Under the pieces are notes generated by a model. The model saw only the letters and a list, made by a program, of their open reading frames with translations, did not search any database and was not told the DNA's origin. Made by a program: the position numbers and the translations under genes. 64,000 nt of DNA from assembly GCA_024137785.1 (NCBI GenBank), contig JAHRHZ010000012.1:50131201-50195200 (forward strand). The letters run 5' to 3'. Source of the DNA: Ginglymostoma cirratum. Its lineage: Eukaryota. Numbering within the stretch: position 1 is the stretch's first letter; each line of letters starts with the position of its first letter. Positions 40,749 through 54,299 of this stretch are shown here, piece after piece.

Positions 40749-41162
40749 TTAAGAAGATCTTTGAACGTTTCTTTCTGCCATTCAAAATCAGGAATGTTCA
40801 CTACTAAGTAGAAAGGCATCCCTAAAGGTGAGATATATCTGTAAGATTGATGACATTACAGATGCTGAATTATACCTGAATTTCTAAGTAAGTTCTTAAA
40901 ATTGTTTTTACAATTTGAAAAATTAAAAATTGAATATCACATCACCTCATTAGGTGGTAAAGAAATTTGTTTTTTCATTCAAAGGAGAGTCAGTCTTTCA
41001 CCTTTTGACAAAGTTAAAGTTGAAATAGAAAAGGTACATCAACAAACCTCATGCCTGAAATTTGATGTTAGCGTGTGGTTATGGTCCTAAAGCTCAACAA
41101 GACTTGGCATGGATATAACTCAGTTAACCAAAGCAATGCATTATGAGAATCACTTAATGTCT

Positions 41163-41463
41163 ATAGAATCCCTACAGTGTGGAAGCAGGCCATTCGGCCC
41201 ATTGAGTCCACACCAACCCTCTGAAGCATAACCCTCCCAGACCCGCCCCCTACCTTATCGCATCCCTGCATTTCCCAACCGAGACACTATGGGCAATTTA
41301 GCGTGGCCAATCCACCTAAGCTGCACATCTTTCGACTGTGGGAGGAAACTGGAGTGCCTAGAGGAAACCCACATAGACATGGGGAGAATGTGCAAATTCC
41401 ATGCAGACAGTCGCCCGAGGGTGCAATTGAACCTGGGTCCCTGGCGCTGTGAGGCAGCAGTGC
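41163..41463 (-). mobile_element. HE1-type V-SINE lacking its 5' A box
   Basis: Tail and core present; breaks off after gaggcagcagtgc. Confidence 0.9.
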
Positions 41464-41505
41464 CGCTCAGTGGACAAAAACTGAGAAAAACTAAAAAAAA
41501 CCCAT

Positions 41506-41947
41506 ATGCCAAACATAATGCTAATAATGGATTCTGATCATAATCCCTCGATGAAGAATCCAGATTTCTGACTACTTTATATTTATAATGCCTTCCCGTC
41601 ATGATTATTTTAACAGTTTACCTTTTTGTCACAATTATCTTAACATATTGCTGTTTGAAATTATGTCTGCTCAAGAAGTGCTCCTAAACAGGCTTTAATA
41701 TCTGGTGGTAGTAATTTGGATAACTGACTGATGATAGCCTGGGCAACAGTTTTGAAAAATGTAAAAATGTAGAACAAGCAGTTGGCTGACCACACCCAAA
41801 CCCTTGGGCTAATATTGGAGGCTACTCTTAGCTTATTGTGATGGGATAATCATGACGGGAAGGCATTATAAATATAACGTATCAGAAATCTGGATTCTTC
41901 ATCGAGGGGTTATGATCAGAATCCATTATTAGCATTATGTTTGGCAT
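41506..41947. repeat. Inverted duplication, about 103-bp arms, 237-bp spacer
   Basis: Arms 41506-41608 and 41846-41947; two substitutions and one indel. Confidence 0.95.
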
Positions 41948-44136
41948 GACTTGACTGAGGACTACTCCCCTCAGACTTTGGCAGGCATATGGTGATTGGT
42001 GTAGCACACTGTCATTCAGTAACATGCCCACCCTTTAAATGATGTCTGCTTAGAACTATGATAAACAGCATTGCTTTGTGACTGCCCTAAAAGGTCATTC
42101 AGGACAGACGTAATGTGAAAGTTTAAGATCTGGCTGAGGGCAAAAAGCACAGAATGGTAAGGCGTGGCAAGTCAAGCCATTAATCCTGTGGACATCCAAG
42201 CAAGCAGAAAGTAAGTGAGCCCATCGCCATAAGATACACCCTAGTCAAATCCATAAGATGGGTGCCTGTAGAAACCGAAAGAACTGCAGATACTGTAAAT
42301 CTGGAACAAAAACAAGTTTCTAGAAAATCTCAGCAGGTGTAGCAACATCTGTGAAGAAAAATCAGAGTTAATGTTTCAGGTCTGATGACCCTTCCTCAGA
42401 CGGGTGTCTGTGCTGCTTGCAAAGTGTTCTGGCACTAGGATTGCAATGATAGTTAATGGTGCACTCCAAAGCTTAGCATTGATGTCACGAATTGTACTGT
42501 AAGTGGATTAGAAGTCAACCATGATGACGTGGTGAGGCTGGTACATGTCGGATGCTAATGTCCATGGATGATGCTGTGTAGTCATCGCACATGGGGCGTG
42601 ACAGTCGGTGACTGGTGCCCAAATGGATATCTGGAAGAACAAGGGGCAAGGTGGAGCCAACTGGAACACTCACTAACTTTAGTGCTGGTAATTGTCACCA
42701 CTTAGTTTCTATCTGATGAATGGACATTGGGACACTGCATATTAATGTGGTGAAATTAAGTACCAGTGAAATGTATGATTTTTGGCACTCATTAGTGAAA
42801 ATTCCATCTCACCATTCAAGACTTGGTTGGAAAATAGGACCTCTTGTTATTGACATCCAGAATCTCCTCACAGGTCAACTCACATGATTCTGCTAACTTT
42901 CTCATGGTAGCCCATGAAATTCAGGGGCTGAGAACATCCTGCCCACGGTCACATGGGCCAACAGTTTCTTTAACAAGTGAATAAATGTTTAATACACAAA
43001 TGAAGAAAACAAAAGAAAAACAAACGAAGTTATTTAGATACAGAATACAGTTAGGAAAATCTTAAAACACTCTCATAAAGTTCAATTAATTCCCCAACTC
43101 TATCATTCTATAATGAGTCAAACCCAGAGTAATTGCATATCTATATCAAGTATGTAACTTTGACTTAACTGATTCTTCCACAATTTGAATCCTGTAAACT
43201 GTGGAATCTTCGATGCGAACACTCAAAAATCTAAGATCATCAACTTTCTCAGCTTCTAATATCTTTCAGATTTCCAGCCAAACACTCCTGGTTTGAGATA
43301 ACTTATATTATATATTACCCTGAAAAATATCTACTTTCTAGGAGAAACATTATATTCTCTTTGAACTCCAGCCAGGACTCTTTCAAACTGACCTCAAAAA
43401 TCTCAATGTTCAAAATTCTTTGTTTTCTAAACTGAAATCAATCCTAGATTATTCTAAACTGAGAACTAGCTAATAACCTTCAATGTTTACCCCACCCACC
43501 GTAAACCAGCTCTGCATAAATAAAACAATATGTTGCCATCCAGGGGTCCCCTGCTCTCTGATGTATACTGGATTATCTCACAGATCTGGAAAGACTGTCT
43601 AACCTTGCTTTTTTTTTGAAGCAACAACTTTTCTTAAAATAGGGATGTGGGCTTCTCAATGAGGTCAGGATAGTGCTGTCCAATCCTGGGAGTTGCCCAA
43701 AGAGGTACGATGGATCCAGCAGTACATGCCATCCATGTCGCAGAACCCAAAAATGCTGCTACTCCATCAGACATATTTTTGCAATTCAGATCATCTGCCC
43801 TCGGAAAGTCAAGAAACATTTGCTGCATTTGATACAATAAAAACCCACTAAAAATTGCCCTTCTCACCAGATTATTTCAGTATGCAGTCCTGGATAAGAC
43901 ACTGTTGAAGTAGTAAACAGAGAAAAAAAATAGTACTTTGGCTAAAACTACTCCAAATAAATATGCAGAGTGCCAACTAACTTCTAAAGGACTACACTTA
44001 GCTGCTTTCATGTTACAGAAATTAGCTCACATGCAAACCCATTAAAGATACTTGTATGTTAATTGCTCGCATAAACTCATTCTCATGTTAATTAAATGTC
44101 AGAAGTCCAGTGGTGAGTCACTTGTTTTTACCCTAG

Positions 44137-47000
44137 GACATAACATAAAACAACTATAGAACAGTCTGAGTGTAGTAACTTCAGGAGAGGTCATCAGCAA
44201 GACAATTCATTACTGGGATAAAGCTCTGCCTTTAGGACAATATGTTATCTATGATGGAGCAATTCTGATTGAAATATGCCAATGTCAGTGACATTATTTT
44301 ACTCAGTGGACAAGACCATTTTCGAATTCAATAATATTATGTGAGTGGGACGATCAAATAAAATGTTTTGGATAGGCTGCGTGATTTCTCATTTGAAATA
44401 TTCTTAGACAAAACAAAATGTTCTTAATGTTTGTATTTTTATTTCCTGTAGCCTGGTAAAGTTGCCAAAGTCCTCAAAAACATGAGATCTTTCTTGATAA
44501 GATAATTACTTAACAAACAATATGTTAACCATTTAAAGGAATATTACATTTTAAATTATTATTTACAGCTGTATAGAAATGATCTTAAAAAGATTGAAAA
44601 TGAAAAACTATGGCTGTTATACAACCTAGATTTCTGGTGTCCAAGGTGAAGGGTGTTAACATTGCAATTGGAATTGTTGTTATTTAATTCCCTTTATGCG
44701 ATAGACAATTTGATTTAAGTACATATGTAGTGGATCACCAGCCCGCCCTCCCGCTCTCCGCTCCCCCAACCCCTGCACCAGAGGCACAGTGGGAATCAAA
44801 CAAACATGCAGTTCCAATTTTCTGGAAGCCAAAAAGTTCAACAAATAGCATCGGTCTAGGCCCAAAACATCAAGCTTTCCTGCTCCTATGATGCTGCTTG
44901 GCCTGCTGTGTTCATCCAGCTCCACACCTTGTTATCCCGGATTCTCCAGCATCTGCAGTTCCTATTATCTCTGAACAAATAGCATCTGACTTGTTTAGCA
45001 CCACATCCACCATTTTGAACATCCACTGCCATTGTCACTAGTGTGACATGGCTGCAGTGCATGATGTCTAACGGAGCTATTGCAGCACAGCAAACAACAC
45101 ATGGAAACTTCCAAACTGAGACCACAACCACCTAGAAGCATAAGGCAGCATGTACATAGTAACAGAATCACCATTTTAAGTGCCTTTTGGAAAACTTTCA
45201 CTGCACAAACTGCATTGGTTCAAAAAGGTTCACCAACATGTTCTCAAGGACAGTTGGGAAAGGACTTAAATCTTGCCCCTAAAATTCAGAGAATGGAAAG
45301 GAAAAAGATTTAGCAACTCAGTTTTGTTCAATGCAACTTTCATTCAATGCATCCACATTGAGTTTCTGAGTTACCTAGATCTCTTGCGACACCTCATTTT
45401 ATTTTTGCTGTAGGTGTATGCCCACTAGAATCTAAATTGGGTTGAACTCCTTTCACATGAACTCCCCAAGCTAGAGGAACCCTACATTTAGAAGTTCTGA
45501 AATCGATACCCAGTCACCCTGATCACAAACTTTGTAAATCTATGATATTTTGTAAGCCCCTCCACTGTTTCATAAAAATACATTTAAGGGTATGATAGAA
45601 CAAATCTACAACCTGACACTGATGTGGACAATTTACCATTTTCTTGCAAGGTCACTGTAAGATACCAAAATTAACACAATGCTGAATCGTCAATCATGCA
45701 GCAGCAAACAGGTGAATAAGTAACTCATTCTTATTTCCTGATGAAGGAAAGAGGAAACAGAAACAGTTATACCAATAGACTGTTATTTGTGGTGACAAGT
45801 ACAAATTGATTAGAAGATGTGCTCTGAGAAGTCAGCAACATGATTACCATAATTTCATTTCTTTTGCTCATTTGAAATTCAGTTCCCTGGAAGTTTCTGC
45901 TAGTGATTCACAGTTTGTCTGCTAATGATTTTGACTTTCATTAATTGAGATAATCTAAGCCCTATTCAGAGCAATTTTCTAAAGACACCAACTTAATATA
46001 TTTCTGTTTTATTCTCAGACAAAAGTGGATCCAACGGTCAAGAGGTTACTACATTTAGCAAACCATCATACCAATTATCCAGACATGTGGCAATTCATCA
46101 TTCATAAATAAATTATTTCAGGTCATATATAGGTTGGATATTAATTTTCATCATCATATTTATTTTTGCAATATTATATAGTGTCAGAATTAACCTATTC
46201 TGAGCCTCTAACTAACTTCCATACGGTTGATCATGATCAAATATCACAGTAAACAGCCATGTAACAGAAAAAAATGTAATTCAAAAATGCAAATATTATT
46301 AATATATTTTTGAACATACTTTTCACTACATTTTTGAAATCATCTATTGTGATGTTTTCATAGCTACCTGACATAAATGCTGTTTCTTGCATTGTACTCC
46401 CAAGTCCTGCAAACATCTATTTTACATTCCAATATAGCAAAAAAAAAATGATACTTGCAGACAGCTTAGTTGTGCTGCATTGACATATCTGGATTACCAG
46501 AAATAAGACGAGAAATCAGGTAAAGCCTAAGAATTCTTAAGAAGATATGTTAGCCAGTAGTTTTAGTGTGCCACTTGGTCAGGTTTTATCCAGTTTCTGA
46601 GATGTAAGCTAAAAAAAATTAAGAAAATTATTCTTCTTGTATCCTATGTGAAAATACATACATGCTTTTACAAATAATACATCAAATTCAGGAATGTTGA
46701 AAAAACGATGCAGAATTGTTAGCATCTGAAAGTGAAAATTGGTTAATGTTTCCTTTGCAAATGCTCACAGACTTAATTTAGAAATCTAGCATTTATGCTC
46801 ATTATTTTTATCGTCGGATTTGTTAAGAGTTGGAATTCTATTTATTGCCAGAATGTTGGGAATAGTTAAATAGCATTTCTTTCATGAAGTTAAATTCAGA
46901 TCTGGTCCAATCTCACAAAATACACTGCAAAGCTGTAAAGAAACGTTTCCTGTGGGCACTTTACTAGAATTGCAATGAGTGAAATATACAGTCTAGGAAG
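44137..47000 (+). pseudogene. Exon remnant cluster (44137-44340, 44452-44645, 45414-45533, 46019-46121, 46405-46519, 46900 onward)
   Basis: AG/GT-bounded; LLNKQYVNHLKEY...LLYNLDFW; VKRLLHLANHHTNYPDMWQFII; YLQTA*LCCIDISGLPEIRREI; SGPISQNTLQSCKE...LLELQ*VKY. Confidence 0.65.
44853..44973 (+). mobile_element. Penelope pLTR insertion with 13-bp TSD
   Basis: AACAAATAGCATC at 44840-44852 and 44974-44986. Confidence 0.85.
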
Positions 47001-47279
47001 TTATAATGTTACTGAATTGCAAGCTCTACATGCTCCAGTCATTGACCGTGATTAAAACTTTCCCAGTCAACAGAAATCCTAAGACAGAAACCCGATATCT
47101 ATGCTTTCATAAACATGACATTTCCTCCAACATGCCAATTATTGCATCTTGTTTTTGTGCCTTCCCTCACCGGCATTCCTGAAGCTAATTACCCTGTCCT
47201 GGATTACAGTTTCATAAGTATGTCCGACAACCTGTTCAAGTAACATCTATACATCTTAACAATGAATATTGTCAGCTAT

Positions 47280-48720
47280 TCAGCAATAACAAACTTACAT
47301 GTATGTACACTCTAGAAGGCCTGAGGGGCACCTCAGGAGCGTAAATAGAAATTGTTATTAAGCCAAAGAAGGCGATATTAGGAGGGTGACAAAGAACTTG
47401 GTCAAATCAGATATTTTAAGGATAAGCTTACAGAAAACGAGAGTGAGAGGCCAAGGATGAACTAAGAAGGAATTTCAAGAACCCAGGGCTGTGATGACTG
47501 AAGGGATGGCTGTTAGAAATGGTGCAAAGGGAATTCATGAGATGCAGAGATTTAGAAGGCCAAAATTGGAGAAATATAGAGTTCTTTAAAAATTTAAGAT
47601 ATTGAGATTGGAGTAGCCTGCAGGGATAAGGAGGAGTGAGGCCTTTGAAAGACTGAAGATAAGGAAGATAATTTAAAATGCATGGTCCTGGTGGATCAGA
47701 ATACAAATGAGGACAATGAACACTGTGGTGATGGGTAATCAAGACTTGACTCAGGATAGGTTATGGGAAGTCCAGCTTTGGATGAGCATAAGGTCAAGCA
47801 AGATGGAAGAAAGGGGACCAGCCAGGTGAGCAGGGTACTAGTCAAATCTGGAGGTAACAGTGGAAAATGACATTTCAGTGGTTAATGCACTGACACATGA
47901 ATGGGATTGACTGATATTACAGAGATATAAGTCAGTGGACTGGAGTAATGAAGAGGATATAAATTTAGAAGCTCAGATTAGGGAAAATAGGATGCTGAGG
48001 CTGCAAACACTCTGGTTCAGACTGAGACAGCGGTCAGGGAGGAGAATGTCATTGAAGGAAGGACCGAGCTCGTAGCAGAAGCTGGTGTCACTATATTTAG
48101 TCTTCCCAATGTGTAGCTGGAGGAAATTGTGGCTCGTCTGTGAAGAATGATAGGCAGCAATGTGAAAGAACAGAGATAGTGTTGGGGTGAAGAAAGATAG
48201 GAATCAGGTGGTCATCAGAGTAGGTGTTAACCCTAGTGACATTCTTAGATGATGTAGCCTAGAAGGAGGAAAGTTAAGATGGCCACACAAGAGGTAATTG
48301 TGTGGTGGCAGCACCAGAGGTAATTGAAAGAAATACTCTTTTTGTGAATGAGTAGATAAGAAGGGAATCTGGAAAAAGTAATCCCACCCAGCTAGGTGAA
48401 AGATTAAGTTGAAGGAAGGAGGTGTAGTAGACCATTCAATAGATTGCAGACAGATTGAGAAGGAGGTGGAGGGATCGTGCATCACGGCACATTGACCAAG
48501 AATACCATTCATGATTTTTATTTAGGTTTTTGCTGAGGTGGAACTTATTTTGGAGAGGTAAGATGGGAGCTGAAAGCTGGTTCAAGGCATTTGGAGAGTG
48601 GTTAAGAAATGGAATGAGGCTTTATCAGAACAATGGGGAGCAAGGGTGTTTATTTTTCTACCAAAAGTGGGCAATGATGGCTTGAGAAGAAAAGATACAG
48701 TATCTTAGGAAAGTGGAATA
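47280..48720 (-). mobile_element. L2-clade LINE 3' relic
   Basis: Purine-rich + strand; minus strand reads LQSFKGLTPPYPCRLL (K.L.GL.P.YL..LL); related bit at 34020-34280. Confidence 0.7.
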
Positions 48721-48884
48721 TTAATTACGTTCATTGAACATTTACAGCGTCACAGACATTCTGCCATTGCTCAGCAGCATTGTTTGAATAAAATGAATAA
48801 GAATCAAGGCTAATTTACCCTTCTCTTATCAAGAGATAATTAAAACAATTGTAGTGCTCCTTTCTACCTCAAATTATGAGCAAA

Positions 48885-49145
48885 GAACAAAGAACAATAC
48901 ATCATAGAAACAGGGCCTTTGGCCCTCCAAGCCTGTGCCGACACATCTTGCCCTTCCATACAAAAACTGTCTTTCACTTACAGGATCCTTATCCCTATAT
49001 TCCCTTCCTATTCATGTATTTGTCCAGGTGTTTCGTGAATGTTGCTATTGTGCCTGCTTCCTCTATCTCCTCTGGCAGCATGTTCCAGGCACTCACCACA
49101 CTTTGTGTGAAAAACGTGCCTCGCTCATCTCTTTTAAATGTCTCT
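48885..49145 (-). mobile_element. CR1/HER1 3' tail
   Basis: (aaagaac)n tail and FFTQSVVSAWNMLP on the minus strand; similar tail at 56925-57150. Confidence 0.85.
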
Positions 49146-51509
49146 TAACTTCTGCCATTTTTCTGCTCATGCCTCCAACTGATCTATATCCTGTTGTATC
49201 CTCTGACAATTAACTTAGCTAACTCAGCAAGCTCTAGTATAGGAAGACAATGTATTCATTTGTATTGATCAGCTGCTTGAGGTACTGATAATAAACGAGA
49301 TAATGAAGGAGTTGGTATATACATTTCAGAAAGAACTTCTCATGATGGCTTTCACTGACTCTTTGAGAAAGTAAATCTATGAAGACCTTGACAGTAGTCC
49401 TTGTCTTATTACTGTGAAAGTTATGATCAAAAAATGCCAATGGTTTGATAATGTTGCAAAGGAAAACAATGCAAAAAATAGTAGTCTTCTGTGATTTTTA
49501 GTTATTCAAGTGTCTCGAAACGTGTTCAGGTGTCTATTAAATTAGATGTTTAAGCTCTGCTTTCTTTTGTGAGCAATATTAATCTTTTTGACAGCAGTAC
49601 AATAATTAAAATGAACAGTAATTTGTTAAGTCATGACCTTTAATTGAATCAGCAATTACCATATTTCCTCATATACAACATACCCTGCGTAATGGAAGTT
49701 TATGATTGAATATGGCACTATTCATAGAGATTAAAATAAATAGCTTTCATTTTTGTATTGTCATACCATATTTTAGAATGCCCCAACTAATTATTACTGA
49801 ATTGTAGTCAACTATTAGCGAACTGGAAAGATAACGGCAAAAGTATGTCATGGATATATAATTGTACATTTCTTCCCAAGCTACAAACAAACACAGTAAT
49901 TGCAGGTGAAACTCAGCAGGTCTGTCAACATCTTTGGAGGGAAAGCAGAGTCAACATTTTGGGTCCAGTGACCCTTCTTCAGATTTCCCGCAATTACAGT
50001 TATTTTTTGTCTGTTTAGTAGATAGGATGGATAGCCTTCTTAGCCCAAATCTACTACGTATTTGTAGCCTGACTCCATTCTTAGACCTAGATGTGCATTG
50101 AACAATTGCACACACATTTGGTTTACTTTTGGGTGTGTTTCGCTTGTTGACTTGAAGGGAGGTGAGATATTATGTTTGATTCCCTGAATTATGTCCACAT
50201 AAAATCAGTTCAAATTATTTTTAAAAAATTTAAAAAAGCTCACACAAAAGAAGAGTTAAGATTTTACATTGGGACATATTGACCACATCCCTTCCTGACA
50301 GAAAACTCGCTTCGGAGACCATAGACTGGGAAACCAGCAGCCCTTTACCAATATGACGCTGACAGCAGTCTTCATTCTTTAAGAGTGAGATTTCTGATTC
50401 ACCCAGGAAAAGGTGCACCTTAGAGACCTGCCACCCAATCTGATCTAATCTAATCTAATCTAATCCACTGTCAGTTCCATATCACAGCAATGCCAGGATC
50501 GAACAGCAGCTGCTGCTGGGACCACAGTCAGTTGCCACCCAAGAAGTCTCATGGAACTCAGTCTCACAAATAAATCTTGTATTTTGGATGCCCATGGCTT
50601 GTGGTCTCAATGAATGAGGGAAGAGTGGGGTGGAATCTTGGTTGGCAAGGCTGAGAGATGGTGGTGGGAGATTAAGTGGGGTGGGAGATGTGTGTGATTT
50701 GGGGAGTAATGTGTCTCTAGCGTGTCTAAATGAGATTCGACCCTCCTGTTTTTGCTCAACAGTAACCCAGTCAGTGAAGAGTTATCTTCTGCTTCACCAC
50801 CATGTGGAAATTGCACTGGAGATAGAATGAGACCCTTTTAAGTCAACTAATTGGGCACTTAATGACCTCATTAGGCAGAAAGGCAGGCAGAGTGCCTGAT
50901 ACCTTCCCAGTCAGCAGCAGCATCATCCTGTTCACTAGCAGAAGATTCATCCCTTTGTCTCTCTGTATTATTTTCAGACCATCTTCCATCTGAACTAAGC
51001 AACTGCCTAACAAGTGCCCTTACCTGATGAAGAATGTCCACTAATATACTGTGATTCTAGGAGGTGGAAGATTAATCTCTGTCAATCACTAATTTGAACC
51101 TTTCTAAGATAAGGCAGGTATTTAAGACGTGAGGATGTCTACATTCTTCCTCGTGCTTTTAGCTCGCGTCCTGTTCAGGGTCATTCCCTGGTTCTCTGTA
51201 AACACTTGCCTAAGTCAATGGGTACTCAAGGTGCCACACTGACTTAGGAATAATCTCAACATGGAAGCTTGAACTGAGTGACCTTGATGTTTCCAGGGAT
51301 GGTTAGAATTATTTACATATTTGCAGGGAGCAAGATATCATCTAATTACATAAATTCTATACCATACAGAAAATATGAGAAAATATTAGCTTATTAAGCG
51401 TCCATTACTTCTTACATGCCTCAATATAGATGACATCTTGGCGGTGGGCTGGAAGGCAGTGGGAGGTCCACCCACCTTATTTTATGAACACACTTACCCC
51501 TGCCTTCAG

Positions 51510-51732
51510 AGATAATAGGTACTGCAGATGCTGGAGAATCAGAGATAACAAGGTGTGGAGCTGGATGAACACAGCAGACCAAGCAGCATCATAGGAGCAG
51601 GAAAGCTTGACGTTTCGGGCCTAGACCCTTCATCAGAAATGGGGGAGGGGAAGAGGGTTCTGGCTTTCCTGGTCTTATGATGCTGCTTGGCCTGCTGTGT
51701 TCATCCAGCTCCATACCTTGTTATCTCGGATT
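51510..51732. mobile_element. Penelope pLTR hairpin mini-element with 13-bp TSD
   Basis: 71-bp arms 51536-51606 / 51663-51733; TSD CCCCTGCCTTCAG at 51497-51509 and 51733-51745. Confidence 0.85.
51609..51636 (-). ncRNA. Minimal type I hammerhead ribozyme core (Penelope-associated)
   Basis: Minus strand CUGAUGA-A-GGGUC-UA-GGCCC-GAAACGUC: both core boxes, stem II, palindromic ACGU, GUC triplet. Confidence 0.7.
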
Positions 51733-54299
51733 CCCCTGCCTTCAGTTATGTGAGTGAGTGGCTGTAGAACCTATCCATATGTGTGTTTTTAAATATTAAT
51801 CACTAAATGACTTATACAAATTGCGTATCAAAATAACAATTGCAGAATGCTTTACGTAACCAAAGATTGCATTAACAAGCTTAAATCAGATTTGTCTTTA
51901 TCTTCAATTAAAGTATTTATATAACGTGGTCTAACTCTTCCTATAGACTGGTCTGAAATTTTTGATAAAGGAACAATTTTGCAGAAATACGCCTCCAGCT
52001 CTGTAAGTTATAATTAGAGGTCATTTAGGATTTCATAATTTATGTTAAATTTGTGGAGTGAACTAACAGACAACTTAGGGATTTATTAAAATTTAATTTT
52101 AAAGTATGAAAATGATCTGAATGTACATGTAGGATTTAAAATTTTTAAAAAGTGGTTTTTAATTAAACTGCCCAAGAATTATATTATAAAGCAGCACAAA
52201 AGATTGTAAATTGGCCCTAGATTTTTGTTTCTAGATAGCAAATTAATCCCATTTCTCTGTCATTCCCCTGCCTTCACCTGTACCCTTGAAAGTTTTTCTT
52301 TATTTCAGACTCCATTTTGAATGTCGCTATTGAATCTGGTTCCACCACCTGTTCAAGGAGTACATTCCAGATTATAATAATGCACTTGTAAAATCATTCT
52401 CCTCATCTTCACCTGACATTTTAACCATTCACCTTTAATTGATTTCCGTGGGTAGCTGATTTTTACTTATCACCTCCACACCTTCTCCAAGGTCTTGCCT
52501 TCCTTTCTAAAGTGTGGTGCCCTAGCTGAGGTCTAACCAATGATTTATGAAGGATTGGAGAATGAAGATGTATTAATACTGGGATTACGTGTGTAGTGAA
52601 GCTGGGCCAAGGCTGGCTCTCTTTGGGCTGAGGCATATGTACGTGCATAATAATGCTCAGATTGTGGTGATATTTCACAGCAGGACCTGACTTTTAATCA
52701 TGTTGGATCCCTCTTAACATTAAATCAAGCTCTTCCCCTAATTGAGACTGTGCGGTGATCAAACTAGCATCTTCCACTTTTCAATATGTGGTTTGGTACC
52801 TAGAGCATTAGAAACACAATAAACCATAGGGTAAGTACATAATTTTCAATCCTGAGAGACTGCTGAAGAGGACGTCAGTAATATTGCAATGCAAAACAGA
52901 ATGGGCCATTCAGCTCCTTCGGCCAGAATCATCTTTCAACCAGAACATGGCTGACATGAATCTTAGTTTCATTTTATTCAGTATCTCATAATATTTCTGC
53001 CCCCCAAAAATATATCATTGATAGTTCTGAATTTTTGAATTGGTCTTTGTTCAATGGCCAGATTGTGGACTTTCATTTTCTTTTGTGTGAGGAAGTCAGT
53101 TCTCAAATCACCTGTCAATTTATATAGCTTTAATTTTTAAGTTAAATTCCCATCTAACAGGTAGCTCTCCATCACCTTCTCAAGGGCAACTAAAGACAAG
53201 CAATAAATGCTAGCCCAGCCAGAGATGCCCACATCCCGTAAGTGAATTTTAAAAAATTCTACTCATTTCAGCAGATGACATAGCATCTCTGTATCCACTC
53301 CATCAAACCCTTTAATCATCTTAAACACCATAGTTACTGTGAATGCCAGTATATATGTTGTCCTTTGAAGCCTTAATAAATCTCTCCAAATATCAGGTTT
53401 GATGTTTATGCTGCATTTAAGTGAACATCCAGTGACGGTGTTAGTGGTTGCCATCTTGAAATGACATCTGCTTCCAAAGATACAGACGGAATGTCAAAAA
53501 CTCCCACACACCTTCACAACACAGCCATTATTGCCTGCTTAATCACTTCTGTGCAGGTGAAAGGTATCAGGGTGTAAAACATGTATTTGTGCAAAGAAAA
53601 ACTGAGGCACGTATACCATGCTATGGCTGAAACATGCCAAGTTTATGCAAAAGCATGATTTTAGAACTTATACACCATAATTTATGGTATATTCAGATGA
53701 TAGAAAGATTGACAATACCGGAAAAAGCCTCCTTGATTCAGGTTCACATCACTTGAGTAATTTCTTTACAGCACCTGATCGACTTCATTGCAGTTTTTGC
53801 ATTGTTGCAGCGCAAATATCAACTTATATTGGCAGTAAGGTTATAATATGTTGGCCATTATAATATTTTGGTATTGGAAGCAAACGTCAAATGTCTTCAC
53901 ATATGATTATTGTTTCTGTGAATACTGCTCCATTCAAAAGCAAGAATTAGCAATATCACTGCACTGTTCTTCTGACTTCTATCAGCAGATCTTCCACTCT
54001 TATAAACAATAGTAATGGGACCTTTGCTCCTGTGAATTGTCAACACAGTATTCAATAAGTTTGAATTTCAACCAATGTGTGTTCCCAACTTGCACTGTGA
54101 CCTGAAGTAAGTATGCAGAATGGCAGATATGTTCATTATTTTCATGTTAAGCTTTGTGATATTTCGTATTTATTTTTGTGCCATTTATTCTGATACCTTT
54201 ATGAGGCACTGAGCATTTGTGTTTGGGGCATGTTTCCATTCAATATGTGTGAACCATTACTTTGGCGCAGTATTTATTGTAGAGGAAGAGGGTTGCATG

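Larger units (their letters stand above)
40751..42110 (+). pseudogene. Three RGS-like exon remnants (40751-40827, 40985 to about 41150, 41692 to about 42110)
   Basis: KKIFERFFL...aag|gtgaga; phase-matched RVSLSPFDKVKVEIEKVHQQTSCLKF; ATVLKNVKM*...LGLILEA...GKAL*I*RIRNLDSSSRGY...GLLPSDF. Confidence 0.6.
49243..54106 (+). pseudogene. Exon remnant cluster (49273-49442, 50239-50384, 50978-51301, 51947-52002, 52681-52830, 53772-53834, 53986-54106)
   Basis: Phase-compatible chain; TDSLRK*IYEDLDSSP; TNIL*F*EVED*...KIRQVFKT; HLPLFNMWF | HLIDFIAVFALLQRKYQLILA | QIFHSY; CTAAC branch point at 51931. Confidence 0.65.

Noticed and set aside
45739-45760. CTGATGA...GAAAC as a hammerhead (similar words near 51024 and 62835)
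   Set aside because: No stem II pairing and no pLTR context.
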